From positions 1,536,001-1,600,000 of the forward strand of contig OY969767.1 in assembly GCA_963702895.1 (NCBI GenBank): a DNA stretch of 64,000 nucleotides. Direction: 5' to 3'. The position numbers were made by a program, and so were the translations under genes. The notes under the pieces were generated by a model that worked only from the letters and a program-made list of their open reading frames with translations, had not been told where the DNA came from and searched no databases. Below are positions 18,587-29,191 of the stretch, one piece after another (positions within the stretch are counted from its first letter, which is position 1; every line of letters begins with the position of its first letter). Source of the stretch: an uncultured Elusimicrobia bacterium (lineage in GTDB: Bacteria > Elusimicrobiota > Elusimicrobia > 2-01-FULL-59-12).

Positions 18587-19020
18587 AAGTGAGCCAATTC
18601 ATGGGCGACAATAAGCCACGCAATAACTTTGCGAAGTTCCTGATTCCCGCCGTGCTTATTCTTGTGACAGCCGCCTGTTCCTCGCCGCCGAAGGAAAAAG
18701 AATGGAATCCGCAACAAGCTCGCGCCCAATGGGAAAAGGAAGTGCACAAACGCATTAAAGATCCAAAACGGGCAGCGATCGTGACCGAACTCGCGGTGCA
18801 GCTTGAGCTTAAAAATCGGAACCTCACTCATTTACTGGGTCAGTTTAGCCAAGAGATGCTGGCCATTAACCGAAATTACGACTCAACGAGGGAAGACTAT
18901 GAGCAGGCATTCAGAAGTTTCACGGACAAGAAAAATGAAGCCCTAAAACAATTCCTCGATGCGGTTTTTGCCATGAGAATGCAGACGACTCCCGAAGAAT
19001 GGAAGCGCCTGCTGAACTAA
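18583..19020 (+). CDS. Hypothetical helical lipoprotein
   Basis: Lipobox VTAAC; 4-bp overlap with the upstream gene. Confidence 0.65.
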   Translation: MKVSQFMGDNKPRNNFAKFLIPAVLILVTAACSSPPKEKEWNPQQARAQWEKEVHKRIKDPKRAAIVTELAVQLELKNRNLTHLLGQFSQEMLAINRNYDSTREDYEQAFRSFTDKKNEALKQFLDAVFAMRMQTTPEEWKRLLN

Positions 19021-19036
19021 GGGAAAGGAGATCAAC

Positions 19037-19453
19037 ATGATTTGGGCTCTGTTGGCCGTATTTCTATTGATATGTTTGGGCGGTTCTTCAGACCAGGCAT
19101 TCAATCCCTGGGTCCTCAAAGGGGCCAAGAGCCAATTCAAATCAGTCATTCGAGATAAAGAACGACGGCGTCAAGCCATGGATGTGTTCCAGGAGATGAT
19201 TGTTGACGCGAAAGGATTTATAAAAGATCTCAAGCGGACCGAAAAAGAGATAAGAAAACTGGCGGAGGATTATGGGTCCACCCGAGCAGAATTCGAGCGC
19301 ATTTTCGCGGATGTCCAGGCGAAACGCGAGGCAGCGGCTGGGAAGATCATCGAACGGATTCCGGAATTAAAGAAGAACATCTCGCGGGAAGAATGGACGA
19401 AGGCCTTTGCCGATCATGACGCAAAGTCCAGAAAGGCGTCGCAGGGGTCGTGA
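19037..19453 (+). CDS. Hypothetical exported/anchored helical protein
   Basis: AAGGAG RBS, hydrophobic N-terminus; C-terminal S/T-x-EEW motif shared with the upstream gene. Confidence 0.65.
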   Translation: MIWALLAVFLLICLGGSSDQAFNPWVLKGAKSQFKSVIRDKERRRQAMDVFQEMIVDAKGFIKDLKRTEKEIRKLAEDYGSTRAEFERIFADVQAKREAAAGKIIERIPELKKNISREEWTKAFADHDAKSRKASQGS

Positions 19454-20232
19454 CTCAGAATAGCCTGAGTATGTTGGGGACACTCGCTGTAGCGCTTCTG
19501 TTCGCCGTCATCTTTCTGTTCGGAGGGCGGTTGGCGTACCGCCCGGGTCAAAAAGGACGCCGGAGATTCCTCTCCTTTGCGGCCGGCATATCGGTGTCCT
19601 ATACGTTCGTGCACGTGCTGCCCACGCTGCAAGCGATCCGGGAGTTCCAACGACAGTCCGCCGGTGATTTCAATATGATGTTTCCTGAACATAACGTTTA
19701 TCTGTGGACTCTGGTCGGCTTCCTGGTTTTTTACGGACTCGAGAACTTGGCGGCTTCTACACGACAGGAACCGGAGAATCACGGCCGCCGCATCGACACA
19801 GCGACCCCATGGCAAGCGTGGATGCATATGGGAGGGTTCGCGTTGTACACTGGAGTCCTCACGCACATGATGGTCTGGACCGGCAAAACCTCATTGGCTT
19901 TATGTCTCTTCGCCGTGGCCATGGGTATGCACCTGTTCACGATCACTTGTAGCCTCAGCAGCCATTATCCGCTCACCTACGAGCGCCGCGGTGCTTATCT
20001 CTTGGCGCTGGCCTCTCTGGCGGGTTGGGCGTCTGCCGTGACGTTGAATATTCCCATCCCGATTCTGTTGAGCTTGGTGGCGTTCGTGATTGGAGGCATC
20101 GTCGTCAATACGGCCATCGCCGAATTGCCCAGGGACAGAGAGGGTCGGTACTGGTCTTTTTTGGCGGGCGCAGCGACTTATACGGCGCTCCTTCTGATCT
20201 TGTTTCACTTCGAACAAGGGAATCAAACCTGA
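19450..20232 (+). CDS. Polytopic membrane protein (ZIP-like)
   Basis: LSFAAGISVSYTFVHVLP, AMGMH, multiple TM helices. Confidence 0.7.
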   Translation: MTQNSLSMLGTLAVALLFAVIFLFGGRLAYRPGQKGRRRFLSFAAGISVSYTFVHVLPTLQAIREFQRQSAGDFNMMFPEHNVYLWTLVGFLVFYGLENLAASTRQEPENHGRRIDTATPWQAWMHMGGFALYTGVLTHMMVWTGKTSLALCLFAVAMGMHLFTITCSLSSHYPLTYERRGAYLLALASLAGWASAVTLNIPIPILLSLVAFVIGGIVVNTAIAELPRDREGRYWSFLAGAATYTALLLILFHFEQGNQT

Positions 20233-20249
20233 CAAAGAGAGGCTGAGCC

Positions 20250-20681
20250 ATGTTGACAGAAATCATCCGAGACGTCTTTTCACGGGGGGCCGATCAATTG
20301 GCCGGTCGGATAAGCGGCCCGTTTCATCTGAGACTCATTATTACGCCGGTCATCGTCTCCTTATTTGCCATCCGTGCCGGGTTTGTTGACGGTCGAAGCG
20401 AAAAGCCGTCCTTTTTTTTTGGTCCTTTAGTGGACCCTGTGCAGCGCCGGGAGCGGATGCGGAAAGGCTGGACGGCGATCAAGCGTGTCATCATCGGGGC
20501 CTTCCTGATCGATATGCTGTATCAGTTCTACGCCTTCAGGGCCTTTTACGTATTTCAGACTGTCCTTCTTGTGGTGGTCCTGGCCATCGTCCCGTACAGT
20601 TTGGTTCGCGGCCTGGTCACGCGCGTCACAGCGTTTGTTTATAGAAAACATCCTATCTCAGATGGGGGTCACAATGGCTGA
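20250..20681 (+). CDS. Hypothetical membrane protein
   Basis: GRISGPFHLRLI...LAIVPYSLVRG; GAGG RBS. Confidence 0.7.
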   Translation: MLTEIIRDVFSRGADQLAGRISGPFHLRLIITPVIVSLFAIRAGFVDGRSEKPSFFFGPLVDPVQRRERMRKGWTAIKRVIIGAFLIDMLYQFYAFRAFYVFQTVLLVVVLAIVPYSLVRGLVTRVTAFVYRKHPISDGGHNG

Positions 20682-21072
20682 AGAAGCGTCATCCAGCACG
20701 GCACTCGCGGTCGAACGCACGGTCATGGCGGCGGACCGGTCGCTCATGGCCTGGGTACGAACCGGGTTGTCCCTCATCTCGTTTGGGTTCACGATTTATA
20801 AGTTCCTCGAATATGAACGGGCGCAGCTCATCGAAGCGGGAAAAGCGGTCGGGTCAGGGTCTCGCGCGATTGGGCTCATCATGATTGGAATGGGAATCTT
20901 GTCCCTGCTGCTGGGCACTATCGAAAATGTGGTGGTGGTGCATCGCCTCAGAGGACAGTACGACATCAGGCATCCGCGATATTCTCTGGTGATGGCAGGC
21001 GTCATCGCCTTCGTCGGCATCGTGCTGTTCATGGGCATTCTGTTTAAGCTCAAAGGCATCGCGTCCGTTTAG
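20674..21072 (+). CDS. DUF202/YidH-family membrane protein
   Basis: LAVERTVMAADRSLMAWVRTGLSLISFGF signature. Confidence 0.88.
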   Translation: MAEEASSSTALAVERTVMAADRSLMAWVRTGLSLISFGFTIYKFLEYERAQLIEAGKAVGSGSRAIGLIMIGMGILSLLLGTIENVVVVHRLRGQYDIRHPRYSLVMAGVIAFVGIVLFMGILFKLKGIASV

Positions 21073-21121
21073 CTCAGCCATAGAGTTCACGGTCAACACT
21101 GGACGTATCATCCCGCAGAAG

Positions 21122-21810
21122 GTGGGCATGGGAATGAAGACAATCGTGAGAGTCGCCTTATGGAGTCTTGCAGCCGCCTCCTTGTGCGGCGCCAAGGCCG
21201 CATTGAGGGCGGAGCCGTCGGCGAGCATTCCCAAGCCATCGCTGACCGAAAATAACAAGAAACTCACCCATCCCGCGAGTGAGCTTTCCGAAGTTGACCA
21301 CGCAACGGGGCTTGGGGATACGATGTTCATGGAACTCGTCTCGCCCGGTCCAAATCTCGTCGGCAATGGGTTGCTCGGCGCCGGCTCATCATTTGTTTTT
21401 CCGATGGCCACCTCCGCCAACAGTAGGCAAGGCTCGTGGCAAGTCGGGCCGACTGAGACGACCGGTTCCCCCTCGAAGAAATGGATCCTGGGCGGCCTTG
21501 TTCAGAACTGCTCGTCCTTCGGAGAATCGTTCGAGCAGGAGGATCACCCGACAGACTTTCAGCCTTTCGCGACCTACTTCTTCGGGAATAGCTGGGGAAT
21601 CGGATATTTTGGCAATATCCTCGGTATCCTTGCGAATTGGAACGTCGAATCAGCGGGCGATATCTGGACGGTCCCGACCGGCGTGATGATCTCAAAAAGC
21701 TTCGAAATCCGGAGGACTTCCGGTAACATGCGATGAAGGAGCCTCGATGCTACCAGACGAAGCCGGCCGGACCCATTCAAACACCAGACGAAATAACTTT
21801 AAACGCCGTT
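21122..21810 (+). pseudogene. Degenerate outer-membrane barrel (transporter-like) with internal deletion and frameshift
   Basis: Remnant motifs KKLTHPAS, GLGD, LLGAG..FVFP.A, WQVGP, WTVP.G. The family-like tail KxGGLPV continues in another frame after the A-run near 21695. Confidence 0.5.
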
Positions 21811-21840
21811 CATAGTTCACTCAAACATCGGAGGTCTCAA

Positions 21841-23100
21841 ATGAAAACCATGTCAAGCCGCGTCATGTTACATATTCTTGCGTTGCTGATCAGCGCGCCA
21901 TGCGTTTGGGCCGGTGGAATCGGGCTCTATGAAATGGGCGCTCCCGATACCGGGTCTGCCGGAGCAGGCCGCGCAGCTCTGGCCCAGGATGCCTCCACGG
22001 CGTTCATGAATCCTGCCGGTATGTCGCGTCTTGACGGATCGGCCGTGATGGTGGGAATGGAAGCCTTGGTCATTACCACCAAATTTGAGCCTGGTGAGGG
22101 AACCACGACCACAGGCAGTAACGGCGGCAATGCCGGAACCGTCATGCCGGTGGCCTCGGTTTTTTACAGCCAGAAGGTGAATGACAAAGTAAACCTTGGA
22201 GTGACCCTGGGATCCTATGCTGGGTTGGGCATCGAATATCGAAGTGACTGGGTCGGCCGCTACTACGTTCAGAAAGCATCCCTGATCACCTTCGCCTTGA
22301 ATCCCGTCCTTTCCTATCAGATCGATTCCAAGTGGTCCGTCGGGGCCGGCTTCACGACAATGCTTGGCATGATGGACCTTCGCGCCGCAGTCAATAACGG
22401 CGCCGAAGGGGATGGAACGATCCAATTCAAAGACCAAACCGTCGGGTTCGGGGGCAATGCCGGCGTGCTTTTTGAGCCGAGCGCGGTGACTCGCCTGGGA
22501 CTTACTTACCGCTCTAGCGTCGATCTTCCCTTCGAAAATATCGTGTCCCTCTCAGGACTCCAATTTCCCTTGAGTTCCGTGCAGGAACGTCTGGCCGGTT
22601 CTGAGTTGGACACCAAGATCACGATCCCACAGGAGTTCATGTTGAGCGGCTATCAACAGTTGACTGAGAAAGTGGCGCTTCTTGCCAATGTTGGCTGGCA
22701 GGAGTGGAGCGCCTTTGGACAAGTGGATGTGACCGTCAGCCGCAACGACCAACGCGAGGCCACGACGGACATCGATTGGCAGGACACCTGGCACGGGGCG
22801 CTTGGGACGCAGATCCGGCTCGCGGAGAAGGTCGTGGGTTCCTTGGGCATTGCCTATGACACATCCGCCGTCAAGGATGAAAGCCGCACGCCGGCCATGC
22901 CGATCGACGACACCTGGCGATATGGCACCGGTGTGCAATGGTTCGTCGCGCCCAATGCGACCTTGGGCGCTACGTATGAATTTATCGATGGCGGAAAGGC
23001 GCCGATCAATCAAACGCGAGAATTGGCGGGAACGCTTCAAGGGGACTACGGCTCCAACTTCATCAATGTCGTGAGTATCAATCTGAACGTGAAATTCTAG
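21841..23100 (+). CDS. OmpP1/FadL-family outer-membrane transporter
   Basis: GSAGAGRAALAQDASTAFMNPAGM hatch, GLTYRS, WQDTW, C-terminal F; GGAGG RBS. Confidence 0.9.
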   Translation: MKTMSSRVMLHILALLISAPCVWAGGIGLYEMGAPDTGSAGAGRAALAQDASTAFMNPAGMSRLDGSAVMVGMEALVITTKFEPGEGTTTTGSNGGNAGTVMPVASVFYSQKVNDKVNLGVTLGSYAGLGIEYRSDWVGRYYVQKASLITFALNPVLSYQIDSKWSVGAGFTTMLGMMDLRAAVNNGAEGDGTIQFKDQTVGFGGNAGVLFEPSAVTRLGLTYRSSVDLPFENIVSLSGLQFPLSSVQERLAGSELDTKITIPQEFMLSGYQQLTEKVALLANVGWQEWSAFGQVDVTVSRNDQREATTDIDWQDTWHGALGTQIRLAEKVVGSLGIAYDTSAVKDESRTPAMPIDDTWRYGTGVQWFVAPNATLGATYEFIDGGKAPINQTRELAGTLQGDYGSNFINVVSINLNVKF

Positions 23101-23154
23101 GACTGCTCTCAAACACGATGGCGCGCACGCCCGCGACCCAATAGGAGATCCTCG

Positions 23155-25884
23155 GTGAACGAAGAGCAATCTCGTCTCGAAGAAGCTCGGACCAAGAAAG
23201 TCCCCTGGAAAAAGTGGGGGCCTTACCTGAGTGAACGCCAGTGGGGGACCGTCCGTGAGGATTACAGCGAAAGCGGTGACGCTTGGACCTATTTTCCCCA
23301 TGATCACGCCCGCTCGCGCGCTTACCAATGGGGCGAAGACGGGCTTGCCGGCATCAGTGACGACAAGCAGCAGCTATGTTTCGCGCTCGGCCTTTGGAAC
23401 GGAAAAGACCCGATTCTCAAAGAACGACTCTTTGGCCTCACCGGCCCTGAAGGCAATCACGGTGAAGACGTCAAGGAGTATTACTTTTATCTGGACTCCA
23501 CCCCCACCCACTCCTACATGAAGTATCTCTACAAATATCCACAAGCGGCCTTCCCATACGACCACCTGGTGGCCACCAACCGTGAACGCGGCCGGGGCAA
23601 GCCGGAGTATGAACTCTTAGACACCGGCCTTTTTGATCAGGATGCGTATTTTGATGTATTCGTCGAGTATGCTAAAGATTCGCCTGAAGACCTGCTCATT
23701 CAAATCACGATCCATAACCGGGCCCTGAATCCCGCGACATTGCATCTGTTGCCTACTCTCTGGTTCCGGAACGACTGGTCGTGGGGCGAGAAGGTCGCCC
23801 GCCCAAGTCTTCGACAGATCTCTCAGGACAAATCAGGCGGTATCGTCGTGCTCTCGCACCGGGACTTGGGAGAGCGCCTCTTTTACGCGGATGGCTGCTC
23901 GGAACTTCTCTTCACCGAAAATGAGACCAATACGCACCGCCTGGTCGGCACTCCCAACTTGTCCCCGTTTGTGAAAGACGGTATCGAGAACTACATCGTT
24001 CACGGCGAAAAAGGAGCGGTCAACCCGGAAAAGAAGGGAACAAAAGTCGCCGCCCACTATTCCATCGCCCTTAGCGCCGGAGAATCTCGTGTGATACGCC
24101 TGAGACTGACCGATCAGTTGGCGAAGGACCCCGCCAAAACCCTCTCAGAACAGTTCGGGAAATCCTATGCATCTGTTTTTCAAGCCAGGCTCAAAGAAGC
24201 TGACGAGTTTTATGCGGGCGTGATTCCGGCATCCTTGGATCCTGACAAGACCCTGGTGATGAGGCAGGCGCTTGCCGGCATGCTCTGGTCCAAACAGTTC
24301 TTTTTCTATGACGTCGGCAAGTGGCTCAAGCAGCATGGCCTTAAGCCCCTCAAATCGAATCAGCGGCCCATCCGTAACGACCACTGGGGCCACATGAAGA
24401 CGATGGACGTCATTTCCATGCCGGATAAGTGGGAGTATCCCTGGTTTGCCGCCTGGGACCTTGCGTTTCATGTGACCGCGCTTGCGCTCGTCGACAAGGA
24501 TTTCGGCAAAGAGCAGCTGGAGCTCATGCTCAAGGCCCGCTACCAGCATCCGTGCGGACAGATCCCGGCGTATGAATGGAACTTTGCTGATGTAAATCCC
24601 CCGGTTCACGCCTGGTCCACGATCTTCACGTACCTGCGGGATAAGTCTGGCCGGAACAAAGGCGATCTGGCCTGGTTGGAGCGTTCATTTCACAAGCTCT
24701 TGTTCAACTTCAATTGGTGGGTGAACCGCAAAGACCGGGCCGGAAACAATGCGTTCGAAGGTGGATTCCTCGGATTGGATAATATTGGGGTCTTCGATCG
24801 CTCATCGGCCTTGCCGACCGGAGGCCACCTGGAGCAGGCCGACGGCACTGCCTGGATGGCGCTTTTTTGCCAAAATATGGTCGAGATCAGCGCGGAGCTG
24901 GCACTCGACAACCCGGTCTACATCCATCTCCTGACTAAATTCGTTGAGCACTTTCTCCTGATCGCCTCAGGAATGATTCGGCCCCCCGAGGAGTTCGGCA
25001 TGTGGGACGAGCACGACGGGTTCTTCTACGACGTGCTCAAGCTTCCGGATGGCCGTGCGGAGCGCCTCAAAGTGCGTTCCATGGTGGGCCTCTTGCCGAT
25101 GTGCGCGGTGACCATCTTTGAAAAGGATCTGCGGGAGAAATATCCCGAGGTGCGCTCCCGCTTGATGGACTATCTGAAGGGCTGCCCTGAATTGACCGCG
25201 TTCATCCACGATCCGAGGAAGCTGGGATGCCGTGACCGGGCGCTGGGGTCCATTCTGAACGAAACCAACCTGCGGCGGGTGCTCGCGATCATGCTCGATG
25301 AGAAAGAATTCTTAAGCGACTACGGCATCCGGGCGATCTCCCGCGTTCACAAGGACCATCCCTATGTCTACCGCGTGGGAGATCAGCAGCATCAGGTCTC
25401 GTATCTCCCTGGAGAGTCGGACAACGCCATGTTCGGCGGCAACTCGAACTGGCGGGGTCCCATTTGGATGCCGGTTAATATTCTCATCCTGCGGGCGCTC
25501 CTGCAGTACTACCTGTATTACGGAGATTCTTTCAAAATCGAATGCCCGACAGGCTCCGGGAAGCACATGACCCTCTTTGATGTCGCCAAAGAGATCGGAC
25601 GTCGATTGACGAGCATTTTCCTGGTGGATGAGAAGGGGCACCGCCCGGTGCACGGAGACTCCAAGAAATTCCAAGAGGATCCCTTCTGGAAAGATCTCCC
25701 CCTGTTTTATGAATACTTCCATGGGGACAGCGGCCGCGGCGTCGGTGCCAGTCATCAGACCGGATGGACCGGTGTCATCGCGGTCGTCATGCATCTCTTT
25801 GAGGTCCTCAACACGGACCAGTTCCTCGAACAGAGTAAAGCGGACGCGATGGCAAAGACGTCAGCGCCGGTTCAGGAAAAATAA
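23155..25884 (+). CDS. GH63-like (mannosyl-oligosaccharide glucosidase-type) glycoside hydrolase
   Basis: WGPYLSERQWGTVREDYS, SMPDKWEYPWFAAWDLAFH, GGNSNWRGPIW, EYFHGD.GRGVGASHQTGWT. Confidence 0.9.
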   Translation: MNEEQSRLEEARTKKVPWKKWGPYLSERQWGTVREDYSESGDAWTYFPHDHARSRAYQWGEDGLAGISDDKQQLCFALGLWNGKDPILKERLFGLTGPEGNHGEDVKEYYFYLDSTPTHSYMKYLYKYPQAAFPYDHLVATNRERGRGKPEYELLDTGLFDQDAYFDVFVEYAKDSPEDLLIQITIHNRALNPATLHLLPTLWFRNDWSWGEKVARPSLRQISQDKSGGIVVLSHRDLGERLFYADGCSELLFTENETNTHRLVGTPNLSPFVKDGIENYIVHGEKGAVNPEKKGTKVAAHYSIALSAGESRVIRLRLTDQLAKDPAKTLSEQFGKSYASVFQARLKEADEFYAGVIPASLDPDKTLVMRQALAGMLWSKQFFFYDVGKWLKQHGLKPLKSNQRPIRNDHWGHMKTMDVISMPDKWEYPWFAAWDLAFHVTALALVDKDFGKEQLELMLKARYQHPCGQIPAYEWNFADVNPPVHAWSTIFTYLRDKSGRNKGDLAWLERSFHKLLFNFNWWVNRKDRAGNNAFEGGFLGLDNIGVFDRSSALPTGGHLEQADGTAWMALFCQNMVEISAELALDNPVYIHLLTKFVEHFLLIASGMIRPPEEFGMWDEHDGFFYDVLKLPDGRAERLKVRSMVGLLPMCAVTIFEKDLREKYPEVRSRLMDYLKGCPELTAFIHDPRKLGCRDRALGSILNETNLRRVLAIMLDEKEFLSDYGIRAISRVHKDHPYVYRVGDQQHQVSYLPGESDNAMFGGNSNWRGPIWMPVNILILRALLQYYLYYGDSFKIECPTGSGKHMTLFDVAKEIGRRLTSIFLVDEKGHRPVHGDSKKFQEDPFWKDLPLFYEYFHGDSGRGVGASHQTGWTGVIAVVMHLFEVLNTDQFLEQSKADAMAKTSAPVQEK

Positions 25885-26108
25885 CGCGGATGTCTTATCC
25901 TTTGCTCTATCAAATGAACACGCGCGTCTGGTTGACGGAACTCTCCCAGCACTTGGGGCGACTCGCGACCTTCGATGACGTGCCCGAGACCGCCCTGAAT
26001 CACTGGCAGGCGCTGGGGTTTGATTGGATTTGAAGGACTCTTTCTCGATCTTCCGCCATGGGGATTTCACGTTTTTGATTTCTCAATCTTAAGAAAAGAG
26101 GTGGCCCG

Positions 26109-27158
26109 ATGAAAGCCATTACCGTTGAACCGAAAAAGGTTGGAACCGCGATGCTTGAGGAGATCCCAGAACCCGACATCCTCGAAGGATCCGTTCTGGT
26201 GGAGGCGGTCGCGGTCGGTGTGTGCGGGACCGATGTCGAGATCGTCGAAGGAAAATATGGCTGGGCGCCTCCAGGAAAATCGCGGCTGATTCTTGGCCAT
26301 GAATCCCTAGGACGAGTCGTTGACCCCGGGCCGAGGAGTGGACTCAAAAAAGGGGACCTTGTGGTCGGCATCGTGCGTCGGCCAGACCCCGTACCCTGCC
26401 CGAATTGCGCCATTGGCGAGTGGGACATGTGCCGGAACGGCCAGTACACCGAGCGCGGCATCAAAGAGATTCATGGCTTTCTGTCGGAGCGATGGCGGAT
26501 CGAACCCGAATACACGATCAAAATTGATCCCACGCTCGGGCTCTTGGGTGTCTTGCTGGAACCGACCACCGTCGTCGCGAAGGCCTTGGAACACACCACC
26601 GCCATCGGAAATCGCACCTTTTGGCAACCGCGCACGGTGTTGGTCACCGGCGCGGGGCCCATTGGACTGCTGGCAGCCATGATTGCGACTCAGCGCGGCC
26701 ACGAGGTCCACGTTCTAGACCGCGCCACGTCCGGGCCGAAGCCCGATTTGGTGAAGGCGTTGGGCGCGACCTATCACAACACGCGCGTCAGCGAGGTTGG
26801 GTTTGAGCCCGATGTCATCGTCGAATGCACAGGTGTGGCTTCCCTCGTCAGGGAGTCCATTCAAAGCATAGGAACCGGCGGCGTTGTCTGTCTCACCGGC
26901 GTGGGTAGCGGCGCGATAGCGGGCGCAGCGCCTGTGGGTGATGTGGCGGCAGCGGTGGTACTCAAAAACAACGTGATCGTGGGAAGCGTGAATGCCAACA
27001 AGCGTCACTGGTACAAAGCCGGCGAATTCTTGGCACGGGCGGACCGGTCGTGGCTTGCCAAACTTATCACCCGTGTGGAAAAGCCGGAGAATTTCAAGCA
27101 AGCGCTGGACCGTAAGCCGGACGACGTCAAAGTCGTGATTCAGTTTTCAAAGGTATAA
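26109..27158 (+). CDS. Zn-dependent glucose 1-dehydrogenase (MDR family)
   Basis: GVCGTD, LGHES, CPNC...DMC, ERGIKEIHG, GAGPIG, GSVNA. Confidence 0.85.
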   Translation: MKAITVEPKKVGTAMLEEIPEPDILEGSVLVEAVAVGVCGTDVEIVEGKYGWAPPGKSRLILGHESLGRVVDPGPRSGLKKGDLVVGIVRRPDPVPCPNCAIGEWDMCRNGQYTERGIKEIHGFLSERWRIEPEYTIKIDPTLGLLGVLLEPTTVVAKALEHTTAIGNRTFWQPRTVLVTGAGPIGLLAAMIATQRGHEVHVLDRATSGPKPDLVKALGATYHNTRVSEVGFEPDVIVECTGVASLVRESIQSIGTGGVVCLTGVGSGAIAGAAPVGDVAAAVVLKNNVIVGSVNANKRHWYKAGEFLARADRSWLAKLITRVEKPENFKQALDRKPDDVKVVIQFSKV

Positions 27159-27177
27159 TCTGCGACCAGAGTCTAAA

Positions 27178-27675
27178 GTGAAAGATTCCTCATTTACTCA
27201 GGAGGTCCGTGTGAGCGCTTCAGTCGAACAAACGTTGTTTGCGCAGAAACAGGCCATGGCGAGCGGCAAGAAGGTCTTGCACGGGAAGGCCTCCGGTCGC
27301 GTCTTACGGTGGTTCGATGCGATCCGGTCCTATGGCCCGCCGCGTGTCGCCCTGGAGCGGGCGGTGTGCTTCACGGAATCCTTCAAGGCCACCGAAGGCC
27401 AGCCGCTCGTGCTGCGCTGGGCCAAAGCCCTGCAGAACATTGCAGAAAAGATGTCCGTCGCCGTCTTTGACGATGAGCTGATCGTGGGCCGGCCCTGCAC
27501 CTGGTTCGGACGGTACTCGCTGGTGTACCCGGAGCTCGACGGCACGATCATCCAAGAGGGAGCGAAAGCTTTCATTGAGGCAAAAAAGGCCGGAGCCCCG
27601 GATGCCGTTACCGTAACCGACGAAGACAAGAAGATCATTGATGAGGCGTTCGGTCGGAGGAGAAACGCCGCATGA
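27178..27675 (+). pseudogene. N-terminal fragment of a glycyl-radical enzyme (PFL-like family)
   Basis: ERAVCFTESFKATEGQPLVLRWAKAL..IAE..V..DDELIVG; ends after ~160 aa with no catalytic Cys or Gly loop. Confidence 0.8.
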
Positions 27676-28760
27676 GATCCAAGAGCCCTTTGTCACGCCG
27701 TGCCGTTCCTCTGCTGGCGATGCTCCTCATAGGCGTGACCGGGTGGGCGGCGTTGCGGAACCGCCCGGATGTCTACGCCCACCGCGGGGTACGGGCATTT
27801 TCCCCGGAAAACACCCTGCCCGCGTACCAAGCGGCCCTCCGCATCGGCGCGGACTGGCTCGACATGGACGTGGTCCTCACCAAGGACAACGAGGTCCTGC
27901 TCTCCCACGATCTGGTACTCAATCCGGACATCACCCGCGACGAGCGCGGTGCGTTCTTGGCCCAGAGCCGCGAGGCTCTGAGGAAGCGCCCGCCTGCGGA
28001 GCAGATCGAATACGAGCGAAAGTATGCAGTCAGGGGACTCACCCTCGCGGAGCTGGGGCGTTTTGACGTAGGCCGGCTCAACCCGGACAGCGCCTATTCG
28101 AAGTTCTTCCCGGACCAGTTCCCCTTGGACGGGATCCGCATGCCCACTCTGCGAGAAGTCGTGCGCTTCGCGGAGAGCGCGACCGGCAAGAAGATCGGGT
28201 ACCAGATCGAGATGAAGACGGAACCTTCACGTCCCGACTTCAGCCCGCCGCCGGAGGCTTTTGCCGCGGCGGTGTACAAGGTGCTCGAGGAGGAAGGGAT
28301 ACTCGATCGCGTCGAGGTCCATGCCTTCGATTTCAGATGCCTCTACGAGCTCCAGAAGCTCGACAAGCGCGTCAAGACCGCCTACCTCACGTCGCGCGAC
28401 AACGAGAAGGGGGGAGCAGACAGCTTTTTCGATTCGGACCCGAAGTCCGCCGGCCTCTGGACGGGGGGCAAGCTCGTCAAGGACTACGGCGGCTCCATCC
28501 CCGCGATGGTCAAGGCCCTGGGCGGCTTCGCCTGGGACCCCGAAGACGCCGAACTCACCAAGGACTCGCTGGACGAGGCCCACCGCCTGGGCCTCAAGGT
28601 CGTCGTGTGGAGCTGGCCCGAGAAGCTGGGGACCGCATTCGATGCGGAGCTGACGGCCAGAATGATCGACTGGGGCGTCGATGGCATCATCACCGACGAC
28701 CCCGCCAAGCTCCTCTCCATGCTCGCCGCGCGTGGCTTGCACGTACCCGACCGCTACTGA
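27672..28760 (+). CDS. Glycerophosphodiester phosphodiesterase (GDPD)
   Basis: AHRG...PENTLPAY, DVVLTKD..LSHD, IEMK, GVDGIITDDP; signal peptide. Confidence 0.92.
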   Translation: MRSKSPLSRRAVPLLAMLLIGVTGWAALRNRPDVYAHRGVRAFSPENTLPAYQAALRIGADWLDMDVVLTKDNEVLLSHDLVLNPDITRDERGAFLAQSREALRKRPPAEQIEYERKYAVRGLTLAELGRFDVGRLNPDSAYSKFFPDQFPLDGIRMPTLREVVRFAESATGKKIGYQIEMKTEPSRPDFSPPPEAFAAAVYKVLEEEGILDRVEVHAFDFRCLYELQKLDKRVKTAYLTSRDNEKGGADSFFDSDPKSAGLWTGGKLVKDYGGSIPAMVKALGGFAWDPEDAELTKDSLDEAHRLGLKVVVWSWPEKLGTAFDAELTARMIDWGVDGIITDDPAKLLSMLAARGLHVPDRY

Positions 28761-28954
28761 CAACCGGCAAGGCGGGGTCGGGTCTTTCAGGGCCGCCTCT
28801 GCGACCCGACGAACCTTGATCTGACGGCTGCGGGAGCCTGGACGATGGGGAAACCTGACGCCGGCTGGGACTCGCAAAGCAACAACCGGCCTTGCCTCCG
28901 CCGCAGACGTCCCACCCAAAGACTCCTGCCGCTCCTGTTTCTAAACCTTCACGC

Positions 28955-29110
28955 CGCAGTCCTTGGACTGACCTCTTCGCCCGGGTCTTTGGCCTCGACC
29001 TCATAACGCGCCCACAGTGCGGCGGAAGCGTCAAAATCGTCGCGGTGATCCTCGATCCTTTTGCGATCACGTCCATCCGCCGCCGCAGGGGACCACGCGC
29101 TCCGCGCGTG
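28955..29110 (+). mobile_element. Remnant of the C-terminus of an IS91-family-like transposase
   Basis: W.DLFARVFGLD...(C>R)PQCGGSVKIVAVILDP..I..I...RAP pattern, degenerate and without the N-terminus. Confidence 0.6.
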
Positions 29111-29164
29111 GGGGAATGCGGCTACCCCCTGCTATGGCGGATGTCGCCAAGGAATCGGCGGATG

Positions 29165-29191
29165 CCCGCCGTAGCCTTGGCGAAGGCGGGC
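29165..29191. repeat. REP-like palindrome
   Basis: cccgccgtagccttggcgaaggcggg. Confidence 0.5.
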
